NCBI GenBank assembly: GCA_035631915.1
Contig: DASQHV010000186.1
Coordinates: forward strand, 1-25,663
Direction of reading: 5' to 3'
DNA: 25,663 bases
From: Candidatus Acidiferrales bacterium
Lineage (GTDB): Bacteria; Desulfobacterota; Binatia; Binatales; Binataceae
Made by a program: the position numbers and the translations under genes
The notes under the pieces: model-generated
Database searches by the model: none
Told to the model about the DNA's origin: nothing
What the model saw: the letters and a program-made list of their open reading frames with translations, nothing else
Shown: positions 15,257 through 22,711 of the stretch, piece after piece
Numbering within the stretch: the stretch's first letter is position 1
Layout of the letters: every line of letters begins with the position of its first letter

Positions 15257-15937
15257 ATGGCAGAATTCGGACTTTTCGAAGCGATGTACTCGGCGCGGGC
15301 AATCCGGCGTTTCAAGCCGGACCCGGTGCCCGACGACGTGATCACCAAGGTGCTCGACGCCGCGATTCGCGCGCCCTCCGGCAGCAACGCGCAGACTTGG
15401 GAATTTATCGTGATCAAGGACCCGGCGCAGCGCAAAAAAATCGGCGACGTCTATCGCAAAGGCGGCGGACTGATGACCGCGATGTACGCGAATCGCAGCA
15501 AGCCGGCGCACATGTCCCAGGAGGCGTACGACAGGCTGCTGGGGTCGGCGAGATATCTGATCGATCACATGGCGGAGGCGCCGGTGCTGCTCGTCGCGTG
15601 CCTCAAGACGGTCCCAGCCGAGGGCCCGCCGCCGCAGCTTCCGCCGGAAGCGCTCGCCGGCTTGAAGAACATGGTGCGGATCGGCGGCTCGAGCATCTAC
15701 CCCGCAGTGCAGAACGTCATCCTGGCGTGCCGCGCCTTCGGTCTCGGCACGGTGCTCACCACGATTCACGTGTTCTTTGAACAAGAGGTGAAGGCAATTC
15801 TGGGATTGCCGCCGGAAGTCGCGACCTACGCACTGATGCCGATCGGATATCCGCGCGGCAAGTTCGGGCCGATCACGCGGCGGCCGGTAAGCGAGGTCGC
15901 GTACCTGGACAAGTACGGCAGTCACTGGAAGGGCTGA
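15257..15937 (+). CDS. Nitroreductase family flavoprotein
   Basis: YSARAIRRFKPDPV, APSGSNAQTW, SIYPAVQNVILACRAFGLG and MPIGYP. RBS GGAGA at 15246-15250 supports ATG 15257. Confidence 0.92.
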   Translation: MAEFGLFEAMYSARAIRRFKPDPVPDDVITKVLDAAIRAPSGSNAQTWEFIVIKDPAQRKKIGDVYRKGGGLMTAMYANRSKPAHMSQEAYDRLLGSARYLIDHMAEAPVLLVACLKTVPAEGPPPQLPPEALAGLKNMVRIGGSSIYPAVQNVILACRAFGLGTVLTTIHVFFEQEVKAILGLPPEVATYALMPIGYPRGKFGPITRRPVSEVAYLDKYGSHWKG

Positions 15938-15943
15938 CGGCGC

Positions 15944-16405
15944 TCAATGGGTCTCGGCGCGCAGGTCCTCGAGCACCTTGCCGCCGAGGTGCTTCACCAG
16001 CTCGTGCTGCGCGAGGAGTGACGCGAGCACGGCCGGCTCGGCCTTGCCGTCGAGCCGGTAAGCGTCGGCGGCGTGTGCGAAGCGCTCGTACGCGCCCAGC
16101 AAATTCACGAAGTCGCGATGCGACTGGCGCGATGCCTCGCGCGGAGTCGAGGACGAGAACGCGCTGGCCTTGTTGAACGCGTAGTAGAACTCGCCCATCT
16201 CTTCGGACGAGAGACGGCGATCGTCGACCTTGAAATCGGTGCGGCAGTAGTCGGCGAGCTTGTCGGATAAGTCGGAGAGCAGCGACACGTTTGCCGCCAT
16301 CGAGTGCCGATAGTCGGACGAATAGCACGCGGTGGCGGCGAGAATTGCGGCGACCGCAAGAAACAGGACGGGCCGGCGAAGGCCGGCCCGCGCAAACGAT
16401 TTCAA
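15944..16405 (-). CDS. Hypothetical predicted all-helical lipoprotein
   Basis: Basic n-region (RAGLRRP), h-region VLFLAVAAILAA and lipobox-like ATA-C. TTG 16405 avoids overlap with the upstream gene. No family recognised. Confidence 0.6.
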   Translation of the reverse strand: MKSFARAGLRRPVLFLAVAAILAATACYSSDYRHSMAANVSLLSDLSDKLADYCRTDFKVDDRRLSSEEMGEFYYAFNKASAFSSSTPREASRQSHRDFVNLLGAYERFAHAADAYRLDGKAEPAVLASLLAQHELVKHLGGKVLEDLRAETH

Positions 16406-16425
16406 CGAGTCACCAGGGATCCGCG

Positions 16426-17151
16426 CTAGCCGAGAAATTCCTTGAAGAAGGCGACCGTCTTCGCATACGCCTCCTTGGAATGCACCGGGTGGAACGAGGG
16501 GCGATCGTCGCACATGAAGCCGTGGTCGGCGTCGGGATAGAATACGACCTCAGCCGGCTTGCCCGCTTTTTTCAGCGCGTCGCGGAATTCATCGACTTCG
16601 GCGATTGGAATGAACGCATCCTTGCCGCCGAAGAACGCGAGCACCGGCGCCTTCAAACCGTCGACGTATTCGATCGGCGCTTTCGTGCCGGGCTGGCGCG
16701 ACTTGACCATCCCGCCTCCGTAGTAGGGCGCGGTGGCTTTGACGGCGGAGTTGCGGCACGCGGTAAGGAACGCGACGCGCCCGCCCATGCAAAACCCTAC
16801 TGTGCCGAACGCCGGCTTAACTTCCTTGAGCGCCTTCAGGTGGTCGATCGACGCGCCCATGTCGGCGACGATCTGATCGTCCTTCACGGTGCCCATCAGC
16901 CGGAACGCGCCGGGCAGATCGTTGTAGCCGACCACGTTGTTCGGCTGGCGGAAATACAGGTTCGGTGCGATGGCGACGAAACCCTCGGCGGCGAACTGGT
17001 TGGTGATGCGCCTGATCTGATCGTTCAGGCCGAACGCCTCCATCACCACGACCAGCGCGGGGTATGGGCCGCCGGACGCGGGCCGCGCGAGATGCGCGGG
17101 CATTTTCTCGCCGCCGCTCTGGACCGTTACTTCACTTGAGACAACTTCCAT
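16426..17151 (-). CDS. Dienelactone hydrolase family protein
   Basis: VVMEAFG, nucleophile motif GFCMGG, GGKD and ADHGF give a Cys-Asp-His triad. RBS GGGAGG at 17165-17160 supports ATG 17151. Confidence 0.93.
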   Translation of the reverse strand: MEVVSSEVTVQSGGEKMPAHLARPASGGPYPALVVVMEAFGLNDQIRRITNQFAAEGFVAIAPNLYFRQPNNVVGYNDLPGAFRLMGTVKDDQIVADMGASIDHLKALKEVKPAFGTVGFCMGGRVAFLTACRNSAVKATAPYYGGGMVKSRQPGTKAPIEYVDGLKAPVLAFFGGKDAFIPIAEVDEFRDALKKAGKPAEVVFYPDADHGFMCDDRPSFHPVHSKEAYAKTVAFFKEFLG

Positions 17152-17321
17152 GATTGAAACCTCCCTTCGGGCGATCCGCCGATCTTTAGTCGCATACAAC
17201 GAGGTTTGGCTCAAGTGAGAGCGTTCGCTGCGCGCATGAATCAGCAGACCCTCGTAGTTACTCCGATGCCGTGCCGGTAGTATAGCCGCCGACGCGGGCG
17301 ATAGATTGCGCCCGACTCCTG

Positions 17322-18041
17322 ATGATTCCGCTACGCGATAGCGCCGCGCCGCGCCGCCTGACTCCGGTCAATATCGCGCTGGTCGCCGCGAACGTCGCGG
17401 TGTTTTTCTTCGAAGTCTCGCTCGGCCGCCGTGCGTCCGAAGTCCTGGGGAGATTCGCGATGGTGCCGGCGAACATCAGCGCCGCACTGTCGTCGCGCAC
17501 GACGTTGATAGACGGTGCTGTGGCGCACCACGGCAGGCTGGCGCCGCTGGAGACGATCGTCACGTCGATGTTTCTGCACGCCGGCATCTGGCACGTCGCG
17601 GGCAACATGCTGTACCTGTTCGTGTTCGGCGCCGCGGTCGAGTGGCGCATGGGGTCGTCGCGTTACGCGCTCTTCTATTTCGCGTCGGGAGTCGCGGCGG
17701 CGCTGGCGACGGTGTGGATCGCGCCGCAGTCCAGTGTGCCGGTGATTGGCGCGAGCGGCGCGATTGCCGGAGTGCTCGGCGCGTATTTCATTTTCTTTCC
17801 GCGCGGACGCATCCTGACGATTCTGCCGCTGTTCATTTTCATCCAGTTTATCGAGATCCCGGCGGTGCTCTACCTGCTGTTCTGGTTCGCGGTGCAGCTT
17901 TTTTCGGGAATCGGCGAGGGCGGCCGCGGTGCAATGATGGGCGGGGTTGCATGGTGGGCGCACGTCGGCGGGTTCATGTTCGGGCTGGGCGCGGCGCCGA
18001 TGATTGCGCGAGCGCGTCCCCGCCGGCTGCGATACCGCTAA
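17322..18041 (+). CDS. Rhomboid family intramembrane serine protease
   Basis: SMFLHAGIWHVAGNM, catalytic GASGAIAG and WWAHVGGF. 239 aa, hydrophobic. Confidence 0.95.
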   Translation: MIPLRDSAAPRRLTPVNIALVAANVAVFFFEVSLGRRASEVLGRFAMVPANISAALSSRTTLIDGAVAHHGRLAPLETIVTSMFLHAGIWHVAGNMLYLFVFGAAVEWRMGSSRYALFYFASGVAAALATVWIAPQSSVPVIGASGAIAGVLGAYFIFFPRGRILTILPLFIFIQFIEIPAVLYLLFWFAVQLFSGIGEGGRGAMMGGVAWWAHVGGFMFGLGAAPMIARARPRRLRYR

Positions 18042-18055
18042 TCGACGTCGAAGGT

Positions 18056-18075
18056 TGTGGATGGACTGCGGACAA
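18056..18075. promoter_or_regulatory. Two tandem degenerate DnaA-box-like 9-mers upstream of dnaB
   Basis: TGTGGATGG (18056-18064) and TGCGGACAA (18067-18075), each 7/9 to TGTGGATAA, same orientation, 2 nt apart. Confidence 0.35.
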
Positions 18076-18174
18076 CCGTTGCCGCGGCCGGGAAACTTTT
18101 ATTGTAAGACTCGCCGGCTTGCGAAATACTTTGACCTCTCGGAATTTGGAGCAGCGGGCGGAGGTGGTGGTCAG

Positions 18175-19557
18175 GTGGCAGTTTCGTCGGACGATATTCT
18201 AAAGCGCGTTCCCCCGCAAAATCTCGACGCGGAACAGTCGGTGCTGGGCGCGATCCTGCTCGACAACGACGCGATCAATCACGCGCTGGAAATTCTCACC
18301 GCGGACGACTTCTACCGCGAGTCGCATCGGCAGATTTTCCGCGCGATGGCCGAGCTGACCGACCACAATCAGCCGGTTGACGCGATCACCCTGACCGACG
18401 CGCTGCGCACACGCGGTGCGCTCGAAGCCGTTGGGGGCCCTGCGTATATCGCGGAGCTTGCGTCGATCGTTCCGACCGCGGCCAACGTCGCGCACTACGC
18501 ACGAATCACGCGCGAGAAGGCGGTGCTGCGCAGCCTCGCGTCGATCGCCACCGATATCGCGAGCAACGCGTACGAGGCGCCGCCCGACGTCGACGGCTTT
18601 CTGGACGAAGCCGAGCACCGGATTTTCGAGATCTCGGAGCGGCGGATCAAACCGTCGTTCCACACGATGCCGGAGTTGACGCGCGAGTCGCTGAAAATCC
18701 TGGAGCGGTTGTACGAAAACCGCGAGATGATCACCGGCGTGCCGAGCGGCTTCGTCGATCTCGACCGGATCACGGCGGGCTTTCAGCCGAGCGACCTGGT
18801 GATCATCGCGGCGCGTCCCAGCATGGGCAAAACCGCGCTGGCGCTGAACATCGCGGCCTACGCGGCGATGGACGCCGACCCGCCGTTGGGCGTCGCGTTC
18901 TTTTCGCTCGAAATGTCCAAAGAGCAGTTGGTGCTGCGGATGCTGTGCGCGGAGGCGCGCGTGGACAGCGCGCGGGCGCGGCAGGGATTTCTCGGCGAGC
19001 GCGATTTTCCCAAGCTCGCGCAGGCGGCGGCGCGGCTGTCGGAGTCGAACATCTTCATCGACGATTCGTCGGACACCACGTCGATCACGCTCAAGGCAAA
19101 ATGCCGGCGCCTGAAGCGCGAGCGCGCCAACAACCTCGGCTTGATCATCGTCGACTACCTGCAGCTGATGCGCTCGGCGCGACCCGGCGAGTCGCGTGAA
19201 AAGGAAATCGCCGAAATCTCGCGCTCGCTCAAGGCGCTGGCGAAGGAACTCAAGGTGCCGGTGATCGCGCTCTCGCAGCTTAACCGACAGGTCGAGTCGC
19301 GCGAGAATCGGCGCCCGATGCTGGCCGATCTGCGCGAATCGGGCGCGCTGGAGCAGGACGCGGACGTGATCGCGTTCATCTACCGCGAGGAAATGTACAA
19401 GGGCAAGGAATCGAAAGAACCGGGCGTCGCCGAAATAATTGTCGCCAAGCAGCGTAACGGTCCGACCGACACCGCGAAGCTGACCTACATTAACAACTAC
19501 ACGCGATTCGAGAACTACACACCCGAGACCGGCGTGTTTGAGGATGCCGGCGGCTAG
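18175..19557 (+). CDS. dnaB: Replicative DNA helicase DnaB
   Basis: PPQNLDAEQSVLGAILL, Walker A ARPSMGKT, FSLEMS, IIVDYLQLM, ALSQLNR, DLRESGALEQDAD and IIVAKQRNGP. GTG 18175 with RBS GGAGG at 18160-18164. No intein. Confidence 0.97.
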   Translation: MAVSSDDILKRVPPQNLDAEQSVLGAILLDNDAINHALEILTADDFYRESHRQIFRAMAELTDHNQPVDAITLTDALRTRGALEAVGGPAYIAELASIVPTAANVAHYARITREKAVLRSLASIATDIASNAYEAPPDVDGFLDEAEHRIFEISERRIKPSFHTMPELTRESLKILERLYENREMITGVPSGFVDLDRITAGFQPSDLVIIAARPSMGKTALALNIAAYAAMDADPPLGVAFFSLEMSKEQLVLRMLCAEARVDSARARQGFLGERDFPKLAQAAARLSESNIFIDDSSDTTSITLKAKCRRLKRERANNLGLIIVDYLQLMRSARPGESREKEIAEISRSLKALAKELKVPVIALSQLNRQVESRENRRPMLADLRESGALEQDADVIAFIYREEMYKGKESKEPGVAEIIVAKQRNGPTDTAKLTYINNYTRFENYTPETGVFEDAGG

Positions 19558-19579
19558 AAGGAATCGAGTTCGTTCTCCG

Positions 19580-20254
19580 CTACCGCGATGACTTGTCGTC
19601 GTCAGGCGGCACGTCGGCGGCGTCCGACTCGCCGACTTCGTCGGCCAGCGCCGGGTCCACGGCGGCGTCCGCGTCTTCGGGATGAGTCTCGACGCCGCGG
19701 ACGGGTCCGGTGTTCGCCTCCTCGATCGTGCGCTCGATTTCGCGGAACTCGGAAAGGTCGGGCAGCGCGTCGAGATCTTTCAGGCCGAACAGTTCGAGAA
19801 ACTCGGCGGTAGTCTCGTAGATTATCGGACGTCCGGGCGCGTCCTTGCGGCCGGCGATTCTAACCAGGCGCTTTTCCAGCAGCGTCTCGAGGACGCCTCC
19901 GCTATCGACGCCGCGCAACTGCTCGATTTCCGGCCGCGTGATCGGCTGCCGATACGCGATAATCGCGGCTGTCTCCATCAACGGGCGGCTGAGCCGCGGC
20001 GGCCGTGCGGCAAGCAGCTTGCGAACGTATGCGGCGTTATCCTTCTGCGTGCGCATCTGGTAGCCGCCGGCAACTTCCTCGATTACGATGCCGCGATTTT
20101 CGGTGGCATAGGCAGTCGCCATCGCGGTCAGCGCCTTCTGGATCGCGGCGCGCGGCGCGTCGTCGAGCGCGGCGGACAGCCGCGCAATCGAGACCGGCTC
20201 GCCGGCGGCGAACAGCAGGCTTTCGAGGACGGATCTCAGACGCTCTTCGTCCAT
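19580..20254 (-). CDS. scpB: SMC-Scp complex subunit ScpB
   Basis: LESLLFAAGEP, GGYQMRT, ETAAIIAYRQPITRPEIEQLRGVDS, GRPIIYETT and FLELFGL..L..LP, with an acidic tail. Confidence 0.96.
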   Translation of the reverse strand: MDEERLRSVLESLLFAAGEPVSIARLSAALDDAPRAAIQKALTAMATAYATENRGIVIEEVAGGYQMRTQKDNAAYVRKLLAARPPRLSRPLMETAAIIAYRQPITRPEIEQLRGVDSGGVLETLLEKRLVRIAGRKDAPGRPIIYETTAEFLELFGLKDLDALPDLSEFREIERTIEEANTGPVRGVETHPEDADAAVDPALADEVGESDAADVPPDDDKSSR

Positions 20255-20322
20255 TCAGACTCCGACCCGGAATCGGGACGCTTCGCTTCGTTCAAAGTCA
20301 CACGAAAAAGTGAGCCGCTGCC

Positions 20323-21093
20323 TCATGCCGGATTCTCCGCCGCGGTCGAGGGCGCAGCGCGCTCCAGGAATATCGGGCCGAAGCGAACTTCCTGGTAGGC
20401 GCGCACTTCGCGCCGCCGAATCAGTTCGAGCAGCGCCATGAAGGTTGCGATGACGACGGAACGATCGCCGGCGTCGTCGAACAGCGTAGCGAACTCAATC
20501 CGGGTCGCACCTTCGAGCGCGCGCATGATTCGCGGGATGCATTCGGCGACCGGGATGTCGCGCAGCACGATTCCGCGCGGGACCTTTTCCGCCATCCGCT
20601 TGAGCACCGCACCCATCGCCTCGACCAAATCGAAGATGGTCGCGGTAAATTGCCGCGCGTTCGCGTCTTCCGGCGCGGCCTCGCCGGGGGTCGTGAAAAC
20701 GTCGCGTCCGAGCAGCGCGCGCTCGTGCAGCTTCTCCGCGGCCTCGCGATAACGCTGGTATTCGAGCAGCCGCTCGACCAGGTCGCGCTTGAGTTCCTCT
20801 GCCTCCTCGGTGTCGGCGAGTTCCGGATGCGGCAGCATCGCGAACGATTTGATCAGCAGCAGCGTCGCCGCCATCACCAGGTACTCGCCCGCGACGTCGA
20901 GGTTGAGCTCGCCGAGCAATTCGAGCCACGCCAGGTACTGCTCGGTGATCACGCTGGCGGTAACGTCGTGGGGATCGAGTTCGGCGCGCTTGAGGAGATG
21001 GAGCAGAAGGTCGAGCGGGCCCTCGTAGATCGGCAGCCGGAAGCGCACGGTGCCGTCGGCCGCGATTTGGCGCGGCGCGCCCTCGTCGCTCAC
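20323..21093 (-). CDS. scpA: Segregation and condensation protein ScpA (kleisin)
   Basis: YEGPLDLLLHL, AGEYLVMAATLLLIKS, LVERLLEYQRYR and TFMALLEL. Confidence 0.96.
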   Translation of the reverse strand: MSDEGAPRQIAADGTVRFRLPIYEGPLDLLLHLLKRAELDPHDVTASVITEQYLAWLELLGELNLDVAGEYLVMAATLLLIKSFAMLPHPELADTEEAEELKRDLVERLLEYQRYREAAEKLHERALLGRDVFTTPGEAAPEDANARQFTATIFDLVEAMGAVLKRMAEKVPRGIVLRDIPVAECIPRIMRALEGATRIEFATLFDDAGDRSVVIATFMALLELIRRREVRAYQEVRFGPIFLERAAPSTAAENPA

Positions 21094-21737
21094 AGTAGCA
21101 CCCGCGCGACGGCGCTGATGATGGGGTTGATCACCTTCTCGACTGAATCTGTATACAGCAGCACCAGCAGGATCAGGAAGCCGAACGGCTCAAGTTTCGC
21201 ATAGGCGCGAGCGGCGCGCAGCGGCATCAGCGCCACTGCGACGCGCCCGCCGTCGAGCGGCAGCAGTGGAAACAGGTTGAAGATTGCGAGGATGACGTTG
21301 ATCCAGACCGACGCTTGCAGCATCAGGTAAATCGGCAGCACGATCGCCGGCGCCCACGGAGTGCCCCAAAAGCGCACCACGACGCGCATCCCGAGCGAAC
21401 TCGCAATCGCCAGCGCAATGTTCGTCATGGGGCCGGCCGCCGCGACGATCATCATGCCCCAGCGCGGGTTTCTGAGCCGCCCGAAATTCACCGGCACCGG
21501 CTTGGCGTAGCCAAACACCGGCAGATGCATGAAGAGCAGGGCGGCCGGCATGATGATCGTGCCGAACGGATCGATGTGCGATAGCGGGTTCAGCGTGAGG
21601 CGGCCGGCGCGCAGCGCGGTGTCGTCGCCGAAGCGGAGTGCGACGAATCCGTGCATGACCTCGTGCAGGATGATCGCGAAGATCGTCGGCACCGCCCAGA
21701 TCGACACGTTGGTGACGAACTCGGAGAAGTTGTTCAA
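21090..21737 (-). CDS. Site-2 protease (peptidase M50) family protein
   Basis: HEVMH zinc motif, LTLNPLSHIDPFG, AAAGPMTN and FNLFPLLPLDGG. Confidence 0.95.
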   Translation of the reverse strand: MNNFSEFVTNVSIWAVPTIFAIILHEVMHGFVALRFGDDTALRAGRLTLNPLSHIDPFGTIIMPAALLFMHLPVFGYAKPVPVNFGRLRNPRWGMMIVAAAGPMTNIALAIASSLGMRVVVRFWGTPWAPAIVLPIYLMLQASVWINVILAIFNLFPLLPLDGGRVAVALMPLRAARAYAKLEPFGFLILLVLLYTDSVEKVINPIISAVARVLL

Positions 21738-22711
21738 GCCGGCGGTCCCTCAGATGCGGTTCGGCGCGTGGCGCGCGGATGGAAAGTCCGATGCACCTTG
21801 CGCAGATGGCTTTTCGAGAGATGGGTGTAGATTTGCGTTGTGGAGATGTCGCTGTGCCCGAGCATCTCCTGCACCGCGCGCAAGTCCGCGCCGCCCTCCA
21901 GCAGATGCGTGGCGAAGCAATGCCGCAGCGTGTGCGGGCTGACCCACGAGAGCCGCGAGTCGGTGCCGGCCCAGCCTTTGAGCGCCTTGAAAAACCCCTG
22001 CCGCGTCATCGCGCGTCCCAGGCGCGTGATGAAAACCGCAGAGACGCGCGGCGGCGCGATTCTCTTCGCGCGCTTCTTCCCGCCAGGCTCCTGCGCAGGA
22101 TTCAGAATCTCGTTGCGACGCGCGAGCCAACCCTTCATTGACCGGATCGCGGCGCCGCTCATCGGCACCATTCGTTCCTTGCCGCCCTTGCCGAACGCGA
22201 CGACGACGCCCGCGTCCAGATTCAGCTGATGCATCTGCAGGTTGACCAGCTCCGACACGCGCAGGCCGGAGCCGTAAGCCAGCTCGAGCATCGCGCGGTC
22301 GCGCATCCCGCGGGCGTCGCGGCCGTCGATGGCGTCGATGAGATTGGCGATATCGGCGCGCGAGAGGGTGCGCGGCAGGGGCCGTGGATGCGGCCGAAGC
22401 TTCACCGCGGGTGCCGGATCGCGCTCGAGGATTTTCTCGTCCACCAGTTCGCGCGCGAGGCCGCGCAGACTCGCCAGATGCCGGCGCTGCGAAGTCACCG
22501 CGAAGCCCCGATCGCCGAGCGCTTCGAGATAGGAGGTCAGCGCGGCGGCGTCGAGCGCGTCCGGCCGGAGATTCTTGCGCACGGCCCAGTCGGAGAACTC
22601 ACGCAAGTCGCGCGAGTACGCTTCCATCGAATGGCGGCTCAGGCCGCGCTCGACGGCCTGGCGCGAAAGGTGGCGATCGATCACCTCGTCCCAGCTGGCG
22701 ACGGCGCTCAC
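21734..22711 (-). CDS. xerD: Site-specific tyrosine recombinase XerD
   Basis: GLSRHSMEAYSRDL, RDRAMLELAYGSGLRVSEL, GKGGKERMVP, MTRQGF and SPHTLRHCFATHLLEGGADLRAVQEMLGHSDISTTQIYTH. All catalytic R-K-H-R-H-Y residues are present. The TRQ motif and LRAVQ favour XerD over XerC. Confidence 0.9.
   Translation of the reverse strand: MSAVASWDEVIDRHLSRQAVERGLSRHSMEAYSRDLREFSDWAVRKNLRPDALDAAALTSYLEALGDRGFAVTSQRRHLASLRGLARELVDEKILERDPAPAVKLRPHPRPLPRTLSRADIANLIDAIDGRDARGMRDRAMLELAYGSGLRVSELVNLQMHQLNLDAGVVVAFGKGGKERMVPMSGAAIRSMKGWLARRNEILNPAQEPGGKKRAKRIAPPRVSAVFITRLGRAMTRQGFFKALKGWAGTDSRLSWVSPHTLRHCFATHLLEGGADLRAVQEMLGHSDISTTQIYTHLSKSHLRKVHRTFHPRATRRTASEGPPA

Noticed and set aside
15137-15257. Stop-codon readthrough fusing VOC and nitroreductase, which share a frame
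   Set aside because: There is a second in-frame TGA before the nitroreductase start, and a strong terminator lies between the genes.
14516-15925. 469-aa antisense ORF spanning the VOC and nitroreductase genes
   Set aside because: Its codons are in exact register with both sense genes, which share a frame. This is the usual stop-poor shadow of GC-rich coding DNA, and it has no recognisable motifs.
17295-17314. CGGGCG-N8-CGCCCG hairpin just upstream of the rhomboid start
   Set aside because: A 6-bp GC stem is expected by chance in this sequence; there is no U-tract or other supporting feature.
18157-18179. GG-repeat tract over the dnaB RBS as a possible G-quadruplex
   Set aside because: Only two-G runs, and they are adequately explained by the SD sequence and GTG start.
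18175-19557. Intein in DnaB
   Set aside because: The protein is 460 aa and both usual insertion regions (P-loop GKT and RESG) are uninterrupted.
21734-22711. Tyrosine recombinase as a prophage or island integrase
   Set aside because: XerD-type motifs, housekeeping neighbours with coupled overlaps, and no att repeats, tRNA or mobile genes.
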